Shown here piece by piece: positions 10,036 through 19,461 of a DNA stretch of 64,000 nucleotides. Source of the DNA: an uncultured candidatus Porisulfidus sp. (GTDB taxonomy: Bacteria; Pseudomonadota; Gammaproteobacteria; Poriferisulfidales; Poriferisulfidaceae); the NCBI GenBank assembly GCA_958431155.1, contig OY288106.1:1197888-1261887 (forward strand). The letters run 5' to 3'. The notes below the pieces were generated by a model. It made no database searches. It had not been told where the DNA came from and was given only the letters and a program-made list of their open reading frames with translations. Each line of letters begins with the position of its first letter. Positions within the stretch are counted from its first letter, which is position 1. The position numbers and the translations under genes are program-made.

Positions 10036-11394
10036 TTAAGCCGCCTTCTTGCGGCCGTTCACCCGAAGCGCCTTCAGGCGGGTGTAGATCCCGGTCAAGA
10101 CCTCCTCGTCCGTCGGAAACGGGGAATCGAAAGCCGGGCGCAGGGTAATCGGCACGTCGTCCATGCGATAGACGGTACCGCCCGTGTTGATTCCATAGGT
10201 GGCGACCATGAAGGCGACCCGTGCCGCCCGGCTGGTATAGGTCGGCTTGGCATCCAGTGAAATTACCGGAATCTTCTTCAAGTTTTCGATGGCGCGTTTC
10301 GGGAAGTTCGAGGCCGGATCGGTGGCGATCATCATGGCCGCGTCAGCGTCGCCGCGTGCCAGCAGGTCCACGGTGGTGTACTCGCCGGGGTTGAAACGCG
10401 GGTAGCCGCGGTGGAAATTGACACCGAACGGATAACCGGTCTGCCACGAGACCACATTGTCGGCACCCGTGACATTGCCATGCCCGCGCACCGGCTTGGC
10501 GACGAAATGCGTGTGCTTGTTCAGGTCGGTGGCAAGTGCCAGCAACGCGCCCGAATTGAAGTGACGGCCACGGGTCATGGTCAGGCCCATGCCGAAGAAC
10601 AGGACGCCGAAATTGCAGTTCTTCATGCGTTCCACCAGCTCGTCCAGGGTTTCACGCGACACGCCTGTAATTTCCTCGATGTCGGGACTGATGTCGCGAC
10701 CGCGCACCAAGGCGCGTAACGCCCACAGCAACTCGAAGTCACGGCCGGGCTTGACTCGGATGGACTGATCCGCCACCGGCGAACTCGGCGTCTTACGGAT
10801 ATCGATCAGCACGACATAGCGATCCTTCTTGCCGTTCGGAATATAGCGTCCCTTCGGCGTCACGGTATAGCGGGTGAAATGCCGTGGATGGGACTCGGCC
10901 GGATTGCCGCCCCAGTAAATGACCAGATCGGCACGATTCTTGACTTCTCCCAATGTCGCGGTGCTCTCGCCCACACCCTGGAATGCGATGCCGGACGGGC
11001 CGTGGCAGACGGAAGTGGTGGTGTCGATGTTGCCGCGAACCAAGTCGTTGATGGCCACCGCCACGCGCTGCGCCTCGCACGGAGAGTCGCTCAGGCCATA
11101 GGTGATCGGGAACTTCGCCTCGTGCAGGATACGCGCGGCCTCGTCCATCGCCTCTTCAAGCGGGACCTCGCGCCCTTCAATCATTGCCTGCGGGTGATCC
11201 TCAATGCCGTGCTGCAGGAACCAGGCGCGACCGAGGACACAGGCGTTCTTGGCTTTCGTGATGCGATTCGCATCAAGGTCGACAGTCAATTCCATGTCGT
11301 CGCAGACGCACCCGCAGAATGTGCAGGTGGCATCCTCGACAATGCGGATGTTGGGCTCGTCCGCAGCGGCTTCGGTGGTTTTGGTTTCGCTCAT
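10036..11394 (-). CDS. fhcB: Formyltransferase/hydrolase complex subunit B (FwdB-like molybdopterin-oxidoreductase fold)
   Basis: 452 aa. N-terminal CTFCGCVCDD cysteine cluster and the MopB fold of FwdB homologs. First large gene of the fhc cluster. Confidence 0.75.
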   Translation of the reverse strand: MSETKTTEAAADEPNIRIVEDATCTFCGCVCDDMELTVDLDANRITKAKNACVLGRAWFLQHGIEDHPQAMIEGREVPLEEAMDEAARILHEAKFPITYGLSDSPCEAQRVAVAINDLVRGNIDTTTSVCHGPSGIAFQGVGESTATLGEVKNRADLVIYWGGNPAESHPRHFTRYTVTPKGRYIPNGKKDRYVVLIDIRKTPSSPVADQSIRVKPGRDFELLWALRALVRGRDISPDIEEITGVSRETLDELVERMKNCNFGVLFFGMGLTMTRGRHFNSGALLALATDLNKHTHFVAKPVRGHGNVTGADNVVSWQTGYPFGVNFHRGYPRFNPGEYTTVDLLARGDADAAMMIATDPASNFPKRAIENLKKIPVISLDAKPTYTSRAARVAFMVATYGINTGGTVYRMDDVPITLRPAFDSPFPTDEEVLTGIYTRLKALRVNGRKKAA

Positions 11395-11419
11395 GGTTCT
11401 AACAGGCAGGACAGGGGGG

Positions 11420-11773
11420 TCAGTTGGCTCCCAGACGTTCCACTTCCACCATCATCTGCTTCGACATTGGCATGCCGGTTCCCGCAGTGTCGCTTTCCAT
11501 TAGCTCGCTGGAAGATGGGCCATACGGGATGAAAATCATTCCGTCCGGAAGATCTTCATCCTTGCGTGGCTTCCCGCAGGCTACTTCCACCTTGCCGGTG
11601 GAACAGGACAAACGCACCCGGTCTCCGGTGGAAAGACCCAGTTTGTTCATGGTGCTCTCGTTCATCTCGATGGTCGAGGTGATGGTCTGGTACTCTTCCT
11701 TGAGCTTTCCGGCATTCAGGGAGGTTCCCTGTTTGCTCGACCGTCCGGGAATCAGGATCATTTGTTCGGCCAC
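11420..11773 (-). CDS. FwdD/FmdD-like small subunit (molybdopterin dinucleotide-binding beta-barrel domain)
   Basis: 117 aa. ILIPGRSSKQG...GDRVRLSCSTGKVEVACGKP...GMIFIPYGP follows the FwdD pattern (TGR..KQG, GD.V.v.s..G, IP.g). Immediately upstream of fhcB in the same orientation. Confidence 0.55.
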   Translation of the reverse strand: MAEQMILIPGRSSKQGTSLNAGKLKEEYQTITSTIEMNESTMNKLGLSTGDRVRLSCSTGKVEVACGKPRKDEDLPDGMIFIPYGPSSSELMESDTAGTGMPMSKQMMVEVERLGAN

Positions 11774-11872
11774 TGGCGCATCCTGCCGTGGTTTTGTGGG
11801 AAAAATGATTATACCTTAGGGCTTGCCGCCCGGAAGCTGGAATTCATTCCCGTGAATGCCATGTATTGGGCA

Positions 11873-13045
11873 TTATCGGTCGAGCGGCGTGGCGCGGCGT
11901 ACCGCGAGCCAACCGATTAACATGCCAGCCATAGCAATGGCGGCGGCGGCATGGAACGTGACCGTCGAACCGAGACCGTCCCAAACCATCCCGCTCAACA
12001 GACATCCGAGGGCCGCGCCCACGCCAAAGTTGAGCGATGAATACAATGCCTGACCCCGGCTCTGTAGCCGGCCGGGAAACAGTTGGTGGATAAGCCGTAC
12101 CGACACAGCGTGGTAAAGGCCGTAGGTCGCTGCGTGCAAGAGCTGGGTCGCTAGAATCACCCCCCAAAACTGCGGGAAACTACCCAGCATTGTCCAGCGA
12201 ATGGCTGCGAGCAGAAAAGCCAGTGCAAATAGATAATACGCCCGATGGTGCGCAAGATAGCGGGAAAAGAACAGGAACACCAGAATCTCCCCGAACACGC
12301 CTACCGACCACAGCACGGCCAGGCCCTGGATCGGATAACCGTGGCCTTCCAAATAGATCGAGAAAAACGTATAGAACGGCCCGTGGCTGATTTGCATCAG
12401 GACGAATGCCGCCAAGAGCCCCAGCACGGCCGGATGGCGCAGTAGGTTGATCAGGGTGATGTGTGCCGGATGCTCCCGCATCTGCGGCCGGCTCGTCAGC
12501 ATCAAGGTGGTCACCCACAGCCCGGAGTGACAGAAGAGCAAGCTCAGTGGCACCAACCACCAGATATCGCCATCTACACTGAACAACACGGTCGACAGGG
12601 TCAGGCAGGCTGCCACAAAACCCATGGAGCCCCATAATCGAACCCGCGTATAGGAATAACGTTTTTCGGTGTGATGCTCCAGATGAGTCAGCGTAATGCC
12701 TTCAACCAGTGGCAGAGAGGCATACCAGAAGAAACTGAACATCAGCAACAACGGGATCATCCCGTAAAAGCTGGTGACCCACTGCAGGCCCAGAGTGCCT
12801 GCCGCGCCCCCCAGTGCGGCCAATTGCACCAGCAGAATGCGTCGTTCGGTGTGATCCGCGAGCCAGGCCCACACATTCGGGGCCACGATCCCCGCCGCCA
12901 TCACAACCGCCACCAACTGCCCGATCTCGATCGCATTGAAGCCGAGAGACTTCAAGTACAGCGGCCAGAATGGCAGGAAAACGCCAAGCGAGGCGAAATA
13001 GAAAAAATAAAAGCCGGAGAACCGGGCGAATAGGGAAGGAGTCAC
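11873..13045 (-). CDS. MFS transporter, LacY/HcaT-like subfamily
   Basis: 390 aa. N-terminal FSGFYFFYFASLGVFLPFWPLYL motif typical of the HcaT/nucleoside-H+ MFS subfamily; 12 TM segments. Confidence 0.7.
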   Translation of the reverse strand: MTPSLFARFSGFYFFYFASLGVFLPFWPLYLKSLGFNAIEIGQLVAVVMAAGIVAPNVWAWLADHTERRILLVQLAALGGAAGTLGLQWVTSFYGMIPLLLMFSFFWYASLPLVEGITLTHLEHHTEKRYSYTRVRLWGSMGFVAACLTLSTVLFSVDGDIWWLVPLSLLFCHSGLWVTTLMLTSRPQMREHPAHITLINLLRHPAVLGLLAAFVLMQISHGPFYTFFSIYLEGHGYPIQGLAVLWSVGVFGEILVFLFFSRYLAHHRAYYLFALAFLLAAIRWTMLGSFPQFWGVILATQLLHAATYGLYHAVSVRLIHQLFPGRLQSRGQALYSSLNFGVGAALGCLLSGMVWDGLGSTVTFHAAAAIAMAGMLIGWLAVRRATPLDR

Positions 13046-13056
13046 ACGCCGCAGGC

Positions 13057-14136
13057 CTAGTCTGTCTCAGCCTCCACGTCTCCGCACTGGGCACGATGCC
13101 GCATGGCCTGGTCCATCAGCGTCAGGGCCAACATGGCCTCGGCAATCGGCACGGCGCGCAGACCCACGCAAGGATCGTGACGCCCCTTGGTTACGACTTC
13201 AGTCGCTTCCCCCTGCCGGTTGACCGTCCGGCCGGGAATCCGGATGCTCGAGGTCGGCTTGAAGGCCACGGCGACACGTAAATCCTGTCCGGAACTCAGT
13301 CCCCCCAAGGTCCCGCCTGCATGGTTGGACAAAAACCCCTCAGGCGTGATTTCATCCCGATGCTCGCTGCCGCGCTGCCCGACTACGGCGAAACCGTCGC
13401 CGATTCCCACTGCCTTGACCGCGTTGATGCTCATCATCGCCTGGGCAACCATGGCATCCAATCGCTCAAAAACAGGCTCGCCCCAGCCGACCGGCAAACC
13501 AGTCGCCTCCACTTCCACCCGTGCACCAATCGAGTCTCCCTCCTTGCGCAGGTCGTCCATGAACTGCTCCAATTCGGCAAGCTTCCCGGGCTCCGGAAAG
13601 AAGAACGGATTCGCTTCAACCGCCTCCCAATCCGTAGTCTCGGCGCGAACCGGGCCAACCTGCCGGACGCACCCGCGGATCGTCACGCCGTAGCGCTCGC
13701 GCAGCCATTTCCGGGCCACCGCTCCGGCCGCCACCCGTGTCGCCGTCTCCCGGGCAGAAGCCCGCCCGCCGCCGCAGTAATCGCGGATCCCGTATTTGTG
13801 CTGATAGGTATAGTCCGCGTGCCCCGGCCGGAACAGTTCACGCAACTCCGAATAGTCCTTGGATCGGGCATCCTGATTCTCGATCAGCAGCGCGATGGGG
13901 GTGCCGGTCGTCTTCCCCTCGAAGACTCCGGACAGGATCTTCACCTGATCCGGCTCTCGGCGCTGGCTGGTGTGTCGAGTCTTGCCTGGACGACGACGGT
14001 CCAGGTCGTGCTGCAGATCCGATTCTTCCAGCGCCAGATGCGGCGGACAACCGTCGATGATGCAACCGATGGAAGGACCATGGCTTTCACCAAATGAAGT
14101 GACGGCAAACAAAGTGCCGAAGGTGTTACCCGCCAT
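13057..14136 (-). CDS. aroC: Chorismate synthase
   Basis: [32 protein letters not shown]...GRASARETA are conserved AroC motifs; 359 aa. Confidence 0.95.
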   Translation of the reverse strand: MAGNTFGTLFAVTSFGESHGPSIGCIIDGCPPHLALEESDLQHDLDRRRPGKTRHTSQRREPDQVKILSGVFEGKTTGTPIALLIENQDARSKDYSELRELFRPGHADYTYQHKYGIRDYCGGGRASARETATRVAAGAVARKWLRERYGVTIRGCVRQVGPVRAETTDWEAVEANPFFFPEPGKLAELEQFMDDLRKEGDSIGARVEVEATGLPVGWGEPVFERLDAMVAQAMMSINAVKAVGIGDGFAVVGQRGSEHRDEITPEGFLSNHAGGTLGGLSSGQDLRVAVAFKPTSSIRIPGRTVNRQGEATEVVTKGRHDPCVGLRAVPIAEAMLALTLMDQAMRHRAQCGDVEAETD

Positions 14137-14202
14137 GATGATTGGATTTTACACCGCACCGCCGCTACTTGGCCGAAAAAGCTTTTCTGTTTTTCGCATG
14201 TG

Positions 14203-14227
14203 CTTTGTCATATGCGTGTTACAAAAC
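14203..14227 (+). promoter_or_regulatory. Candidate Pho box upstream of the orphan pstS-like gene
   Basis: CTTTGTCATATGCGTGTTACAAAAC. The first half, TTGTCATA, matches CTGTCATA of the PhoB-box consensus; the second half, TGTTACA, matches only partially. It sits about 70-95 bp upstream of the pstS-like start. Confidence 0.3.
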
Positions 14228-14296
14228 TTGGATTTAATGCGCCAGACCAAGGGGTGTTCCCCATCAATCAACTTGAACGCATAGAGGATTTATCGA

Positions 14297-15322
14297 ATGA
14301 AATTGCGTATTTCCGCAGTCGTCCTGCTCGCGCTCGCCGCTTCGGCAGCCCAAGCCCGAGACCAGATCAACATAGTCGGTTCTTCTACCGTCTATCCTTT
14401 CGCCACCGTGGTAGCCGAAAAATTCGGCAAATCCACGGCTTTCAAGACTCCGAAGATTGAATCCACGGGTTCCGGCGGCGGCCTGAAACTGTTCTGTGCC
14501 GGCGTCGGCGTCAGCACTCCGGACATCACGAACTCTTCGCGCAAGATCAAGAGTAGAGAGGTCGAGAACTGCGGCAAGAACGGTGTCGGCGACGTCACCG
14601 AGGCCAAGATCGGCTACGACGGCATCGTCCTCGCCAACTCCAAGGCGGTCGCCCCGATGGAACTGACTCGGCGCGAGATTTTCCTGGCTCTGGCACGCGA
14701 AGTGCCGGACCCGGGCGGCGCAGAGTCTTTTGTCGCCAATCCCTACACCACCTGGAAGGATGTCAACCCGGCCCTGCCCGACACCAAGATCGAGGTGCTC
14801 GGCCCTCCCCCGACCTCCGGCACCCGGGATGCCTTCGCTGAACTCGCCCTGGAAGGCGGATGCAAGACCTTCCCCTGGATCAAGGCGATGAAGAAGAAGG
14901 ACAAGAAGATGTACAAATCCTACTGCCACTCCGTGCGCGAGGACGGCCATTACATCGAGGCGGGTGAGAACGACAACTTGATCGTTCAGAAGCTGACTAC
15001 CAACCCAAACGCCTTGGGCGTGTTCGGATTCAGCTTCCTGGACCAGAACTCCGACAAGGTTCAGGGCTCCATCATCGACGGCGTCGAGCCGACGTTTGAG
15101 GCCATTTCCGACGGCAGTTATCCGGTCTCTCGGCCGCTGTATTTCTACATCAAGAACGCCCATCTGGATGCCATCCCGGGTATTCGGGAATTCGTTGCCG
15201 AGTTCATGAGCGACAAGGCAAGCGGTGCCGATGGCTACCTGAACGAAAAGGGCATGATCCCGATGTCCGCCGAAGAGCGCGGAGATCTGGTGCCCCAGGT
15301 CACCTCGTTCACCCCGCTTTGA
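14297..15322 (+). CDS. Phosphate-binding periplasmic protein, PstS family, without adjacent pstCAB
   Basis: Signal peptide MKLRISAVVLLALAASAAQA followed by the INIVGSSTVYPF...GSGGG motifs of PstS-type phosphate binding proteins. Confidence 0.8.
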   Translation: MKLRISAVVLLALAASAAQARDQINIVGSSTVYPFATVVAEKFGKSTAFKTPKIESTGSGGGLKLFCAGVGVSTPDITNSSRKIKSREVENCGKNGVGDVTEAKIGYDGIVLANSKAVAPMELTRREIFLALAREVPDPGGAESFVANPYTTWKDVNPALPDTKIEVLGPPPTSGTRDAFAELALEGGCKTFPWIKAMKKKDKKMYKSYCHSVREDGHYIEAGENDNLIVQKLTTNPNALGVFGFSFLDQNSDKVQGSIIDGVEPTFEAISDGSYPVSRPLYFYIKNAHLDAIPGIREFVAEFMSDKASGADGYLNEKGMIPMSAEERGDLVPQVTSFTPL

Positions 15323-15345
15323 GCAAAGACTTCCAGAGTCTTCGA

Positions 15346-15375
15346 GAGGGCCGCGCATGCGGCCCTCTTTTTTTG
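15346..15375 (+). terminator. Rho-independent terminator downstream of the pstS-like gene
   Basis: GAGGGCCGCGCATGCGGCCCTC forms a perfect GC-rich hairpin and is followed by TTTTTTTG. Confidence 0.8.
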
Positions 15376-15466
15376 CCTTCGTAGCCTCGGAAATTCAGGT
15401 CAGGCCATTTCATCGGGAGCCCTGCAAACCAGTACACTATTGGGCCAAGCCCCGAAATTTTCCGAC

Positions 15467-18298
15467 ATGAAGCCCGCTCCCATTCCCAGCATCTTGATAG
15501 AGGAGGCAGAATCGGCCTTGGAGGATATCCAGTCTGCTCTTGATGGCGAACTCCTGAACACGAATCGATCGGCCCTTCTCAACCTGTTTGCCGCCAGCCC
15601 TTTTGCGGCCCGTCTTGCGCGCACTCAACCGGACTTGCTGGAGTCCGCCCTGCGCGACCCAGTCGCCAAGGATCTGGAACCCCCAGACCCCGAAACCGCG
15701 GAAGACGCAGACTTTGCGCGTTCTTTACGCCGAGCTCGGACGCGGGAGATGCTCCGCATCATGTTTCGGGACATCAACGGGCTCGCGGAACTGCCGGAAA
15801 CCCTGCACGATCTGAGCGCTTTCGCGGACCGCGCCGTGATGGGCGCCGCTGATTGGCACCGCTCCCGGATGAAGGAGTCCAGCCCAACCGACGAGAACGG
15901 TGAGCCGGTACCGTTCGTAGTCCTCGGCATGGGCAAGCTCGGCGGGGCGGAACTCAACTTCTCTTCCGACATTGATCTGATCTTCGCTTACCCGGACCCG
16001 GCTTCGGACCGTGAGCAGGCGCAATCCTATTTCATCCGGCTGGGACAGAAAACGATCAAGGCATTGGACGAAGTCACCGCCGATGGATTCGTGTTCCGCG
16101 TGGACATGAGGCTGCGCCCGTTCGGCTCCACCGGCAGTCTGGCGCTGCCATTCTCTTCCATGGAGGCCTATTACCAGAACCACGGGCGCGAGTGGGAGCG
16201 CTACGCGCTGATCAAGGCGCGGCCGCTGGGCGAGCCCACCGCCGCTGGTGCGGAACTGACTGACCTGCTCCGACCTTTCATCTTTCGGCGTTCCCTCGAT
16301 TTCCGGGTATTGGAAGAGTTGCGGACCATGAAGGCAAAGATGGAACGCCATGCACGCAAGGAAACTCTGGAGGACGATCTCAAGCACGGTCCCGGGGGAA
16401 TTCGCGAGGCTGAATTCATTGTGCAAAGTGCACAGTTGATTTTCGGCGGGAGGGAGTCGGTCCTTCAGCAAACTTCGTGGATGCGCGCACTGGAAGCGAT
16501 GAACCAGTGCGGCAAGCTCACCGACGGCGACGTGCAACTACTACTCGACGCCTATTCCACTCTGCGCACCATCGAGAACCGCCTGCAGATGATCGAGGAC
16601 CAGCAGACGCACACCCTGCCGCAAGATGAACTGGCGAGAGCGCGAATCCAGTTCGCGATGGGTTACCCGGACTGGTCGGAATTTATGGATGCACTCACCA
16701 TGCAACGGGTCAGCCTGCAATTGGAGTTCACCTGCCTGATGCGGGTGGAACTGGAACCAGAACAGGAACACCCTGAAGAACTAAAGACCCTATTGCACAT
16801 GATCGAGACCATCGGGCAGCAGGATGGCGACTTGGTCGGGCTAGAGGAAGTCTTGGGGAAAATGGGACTGGAAGACGGTGCGGAAGAGCCAGCGCGACGA
16901 CTGCACTCCACCATCTCTTCTTCAGCATGGCGCGTCCAAAACGCCAGTGGGCGCCACTACGCGTTGGCACTGATTCCGAAAATGATCGAAATCGCCTGTC
17001 GGCAGGCTGATTCAGCCCACGTGCTGAATCTCCTGTTCGATGTGCTGGAAGCCCTTCTGTATCGGCCCAATTGCATGGCCCTGCTGGCCGAGAACCCCCA
17101 AGCGCTGAATCTGCTGGCCGAGCTGGTCCGCCTCAGCCCGTGGGTACAGACCCAAATTTTGCGATCGCCCCACCTCATCGACGAACTGCTGGCACCAGAC
17201 ACACTGTTTGGAGAACGAACCCCGGAAATCCTGCAAAGAGTCTTGCAACTCGCCCTGCCCGACGACGAGGACGACCTGGAACAGCAGATGAAAGTCCTTC
17301 GCCAATTCCGTCAGTCCCAAACACTGCAAGTCGCCGCTTGCAACCTGGTTCACTCTAAATCCCTCTCGGACGTGAGCGACGAATTGACCTGGATTGCTGA
17401 AACCGTCACGGCCTGCGCCTGGGACTTGTCGATGCGCCAGCAACTCCAGCGTCACGGCCAACCCTGCTGCGTCGTGGACGGGCAGCGCCGTCCGGCTCAT
17501 TGCGCCATTCTGGCCTACGGCAAGTTCGGAGGACTCGAGATGGGGTTCAATTCCGACCTGGATCTGGTATTCGTCCATGACAGTGATGGCGAAGAACAGA
17601 TGACCGACGGGGAGAACCCGGTATACAACGAATACTTCTTCACCCGCGTGGTGCAGCGATTCATTCATATCATGGAAACCCTGACCCCCGACGGCACCCT
17701 GTACGAGATCGACCCCCGGTTGCGGCCCGGTGGGCAGTCCGGGCAGACGGTCTGCAGCCTGCATTACTACGAAAAATACCTGGAAGAAAAAGCCTGGACC
17801 TGGGAGCGTCAGGCCCTGGCGCGAGCACGGGCAGTGGCGGGCGATGAGGCGGTGCGAGAAGCTTTCGAGAAAGTCCGCGCACGGACTCTGTGCGTACCCC
17901 GCGAACCTGTTGAACTGCAAAAAGAGTTTGTGGACATGCGCCAGCGAATGCTGGAGGCTCATGTGCCCCAAACCGAATACTTCCACCTCAAGAATGACCC
18001 CGGCGGAATCACCGATCTGGAGTTCATGGTGCACTATAATGTGTTGCTTCACGCTGAAAGCCATCCGGAAATCATTGAGCCGACTGCCACAGTGATGATT
18101 CTGGACCGTCTGGCGCAATGCGGCCTGCTGGACACCGAAACCACTGAATTCCTGCGCGCCTGCTACTTCACCTACCGCGACCGGATACACGTACTCAGCC
18201 TGCAGGAGTTGCCGCCGCACTCTCCATCGGACGAGTTCGCAGACGAGCGCAAGAAAATTCGGGAACTTTGGGACAAGACCTTCAATCTGGCGACATGA
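15467..18298 (+). CDS. glnE: Glutamine synthetase adenylyltransferase / adenylyl-removing enzyme (bifunctional GlnE)
   Basis: About 945 aa with two nucleotidyltransferase modules, each carrying GMGKLGG.ELNFSSDIDLIF and GKFGG.EMGFNSDLDLVF. The start may be 15440 or the Met at 15467. Confidence 0.95.
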   Translation: MKPAPIPSILIEEAESALEDIQSALDGELLNTNRSALLNLFAASPFAARLARTQPDLLESALRDPVAKDLEPPDPETAEDADFARSLRRARTREMLRIMFRDINGLAELPETLHDLSAFADRAVMGAADWHRSRMKESSPTDENGEPVPFVVLGMGKLGGAELNFSSDIDLIFAYPDPASDREQAQSYFIRLGQKTIKALDEVTADGFVFRVDMRLRPFGSTGSLALPFSSMEAYYQNHGREWERYALIKARPLGEPTAAGAELTDLLRPFIFRRSLDFRVLEELRTMKAKMERHARKETLEDDLKHGPGGIREAEFIVQSAQLIFGGRESVLQQTSWMRALEAMNQCGKLTDGDVQLLLDAYSTLRTIENRLQMIEDQQTHTLPQDELARARIQFAMGYPDWSEFMDALTMQRVSLQLEFTCLMRVELEPEQEHPEELKTLLHMIETIGQQDGDLVGLEEVLGKMGLEDGAEEPARRLHSTISSSAWRVQNASGRHYALALIPKMIEIACRQADSAHVLNLLFDVLEALLYRPNCMALLAENPQALNLLAELVRLSPWVQTQILRSPHLIDELLAPDTLFGERTPEILQRVLQLALPDDEDDLEQQMKVLRQFRQSQTLQVAACNLVHSKSLSDVSDELTWIAETVTACAWDLSMRQQLQRHGQPCCVVDGQRRPAHCAILAYGKFGGLEMGFNSDLDLVFVHDSDGEEQMTDGENPVYNEYFFTRVVQRFIHIMETLTPDGTLYEIDPRLRPGGQSGQTVCSLHYYEKYLEEKAWTWERQALARARAVAGDEAVREAFEKVRARTLCVPREPVELQKEFVDMRQRMLEAHVPQTEYFHLKNDPGGITDLEFMVHYNVLLHAESHPEIIEPTATVMILDRLAQCGLLDTETTEFLRACYFTYRDRIHVLSLQELPPHSPSDEFADERKKIRELWDKTFNLAT

Positions 18299-19224
18299 GC
18301 ACACTGGCCCCGCATCCGGATGCCGTAATCTGGCTGGACAACCGCATGGTCCCTTGGGCCGAGGCGACTACGCACGTGCTGACTCACAGCCTGCATTACG
18401 GCAGCGGCGTCTTCGAGGGGCTGCGGGCATTCGCCACCGAGCAAGGCCCGGCCATTTTCCGCTTGCAGGAACATACTGACCGTTTATTTGCTTCGGCCGA
18501 CTGCGTCGACATGACCATCCCATACTCCCGAGAGGAAATCAATCAGGCTTGTATCGACGCTGTTCGAAAAAACCAGTTGCAAACAGCATACATCCGCCCA
18601 ATCTGCTTCTACGGCGCAGAGGGGCTGGGCCTGCATGCGAAGGGCCTGCAAGTGCACACGGCGGTGGCCGCCTGGGAATGGGGTGTCTATTTGGGTGCGG
18701 AAGGCCTGGAGCAAGGGATTCGGGTATACACTTCCTCCATCATCCGTGATCGTGTCAATGCCCCGTTGACCAGCTCCAAGATCTGTGGCAACTACGTCTA
18801 TTCCGCTGTGGCAACAGCACAAGCAAAACAGGCCGGATATGACGAGGCGCTGCTGCTGGAAGCAGACGGGCGGATCTCGGAAGGCAGCGGCGAAAACCTG
18901 TTCATCGTCCGCGACGGTGTCCTGGAAACCCCGGCGCTCGGTTCGGCTCTCGATGGGATTACCCGCCGCACCATCATTGAGCTTGCGCGCGAAACCGACC
19001 TCGAAGTCCGGGAAAACCGGTTGGTCCGGGATGACCTGCTCCAATGCGAGGAAGCATTTTTTACTGGGACCGCCGCCGAAGTGACCCCGATCCGAGAGTT
19101 GGACGGCGCGGCCATCGGCAACGGTAGGCGTGGACCGATCACCGCCCGGTTACAGCAGCAATACCAAGACATTGTCAGTGGCCATTCCGAGCGTCATCTT
19201 CACTGGCTGACATTCGTGCACTGA
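18295..19224 (+). CDS. ilvE: Branched-chain amino acid aminotransferase
   Basis: MSTLAP...IWLDNRMVPWAEATTHVLTHSLHYGSGVFEGLRAF is the class IV aminotransferase IlvE pattern. The start overlaps the glnE stop by 4 bp. Confidence 0.9.
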   Translation: MSTLAPHPDAVIWLDNRMVPWAEATTHVLTHSLHYGSGVFEGLRAFATEQGPAIFRLQEHTDRLFASADCVDMTIPYSREEINQACIDAVRKNQLQTAYIRPICFYGAEGLGLHAKGLQVHTAVAAWEWGVYLGAEGLEQGIRVYTSSIIRDRVNAPLTSSKICGNYVYSAVATAQAKQAGYDEALLLEADGRISEGSGENLFIVRDGVLETPALGSALDGITRRTIIELARETDLEVRENRLVRDDLLQCEEAFFTGTAAEVTPIRELDGAAIGNGRRGPITARLQQQYQDIVSGHSERHLHWLTFVH

Positions 19225-19226
19225 CC

Positions 19227-19454
19227 ATGCCCAACCCTCGCACCGCAAAGCGCCCGAACGCTTTTGAGACGCCTAACCAGGCGCCTCGGCAAAATATCCG
19301 TCCTAAACAACTCCCCCTCCACTGCCCTCTGCCGGGCGCCAGCCTGTGGAACTCCCACCCCCGGGTGTTTCTGCCGATCGAAGATGCGCCGGATCACAAG
19401 ATCCGATGCCCCTATTGCGGCACCCTGTACACGCTGGTGAACACGAACAGTTGA
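19227..19454 (+). CDS. Small zinc-finger (zf-CHCC-like) protein
   Basis: 75 aa. CPLPGASLWNSHPRVFLPIEDAPDHKIRCPYCGTLYTL gives C..G...HP.V.L......C.YCG spacing. It fills the ilvE-hldE gap exactly. Confidence 0.5.
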   Translation: MPNPRTAKRPNAFETPNQAPRQNIRPKQLPLHCPLPGASLWNSHPRVFLPIEDAPDHKIRCPYCGTLYTLVNTNS

Positions 19455-19461
19455 TGTTCCG

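Noticed and set aside
12180-12635. 151-aa ORF overlapping the HcaT-like MFS transporter gene
   Set aside because: It is out of frame within a gene that has a clear 12-TM MFS profile.
17012-18304. 430-aa ORF antisense to glnE (and the 15725..16537 270-aa antisense ORF)
   Set aside because: It is fully nested on the opposite strand of a confidently identified, conserved gene. The protein is low-complexity and rich in Arg, Gly and Gln, typical of spurious high-GC antisense frames.
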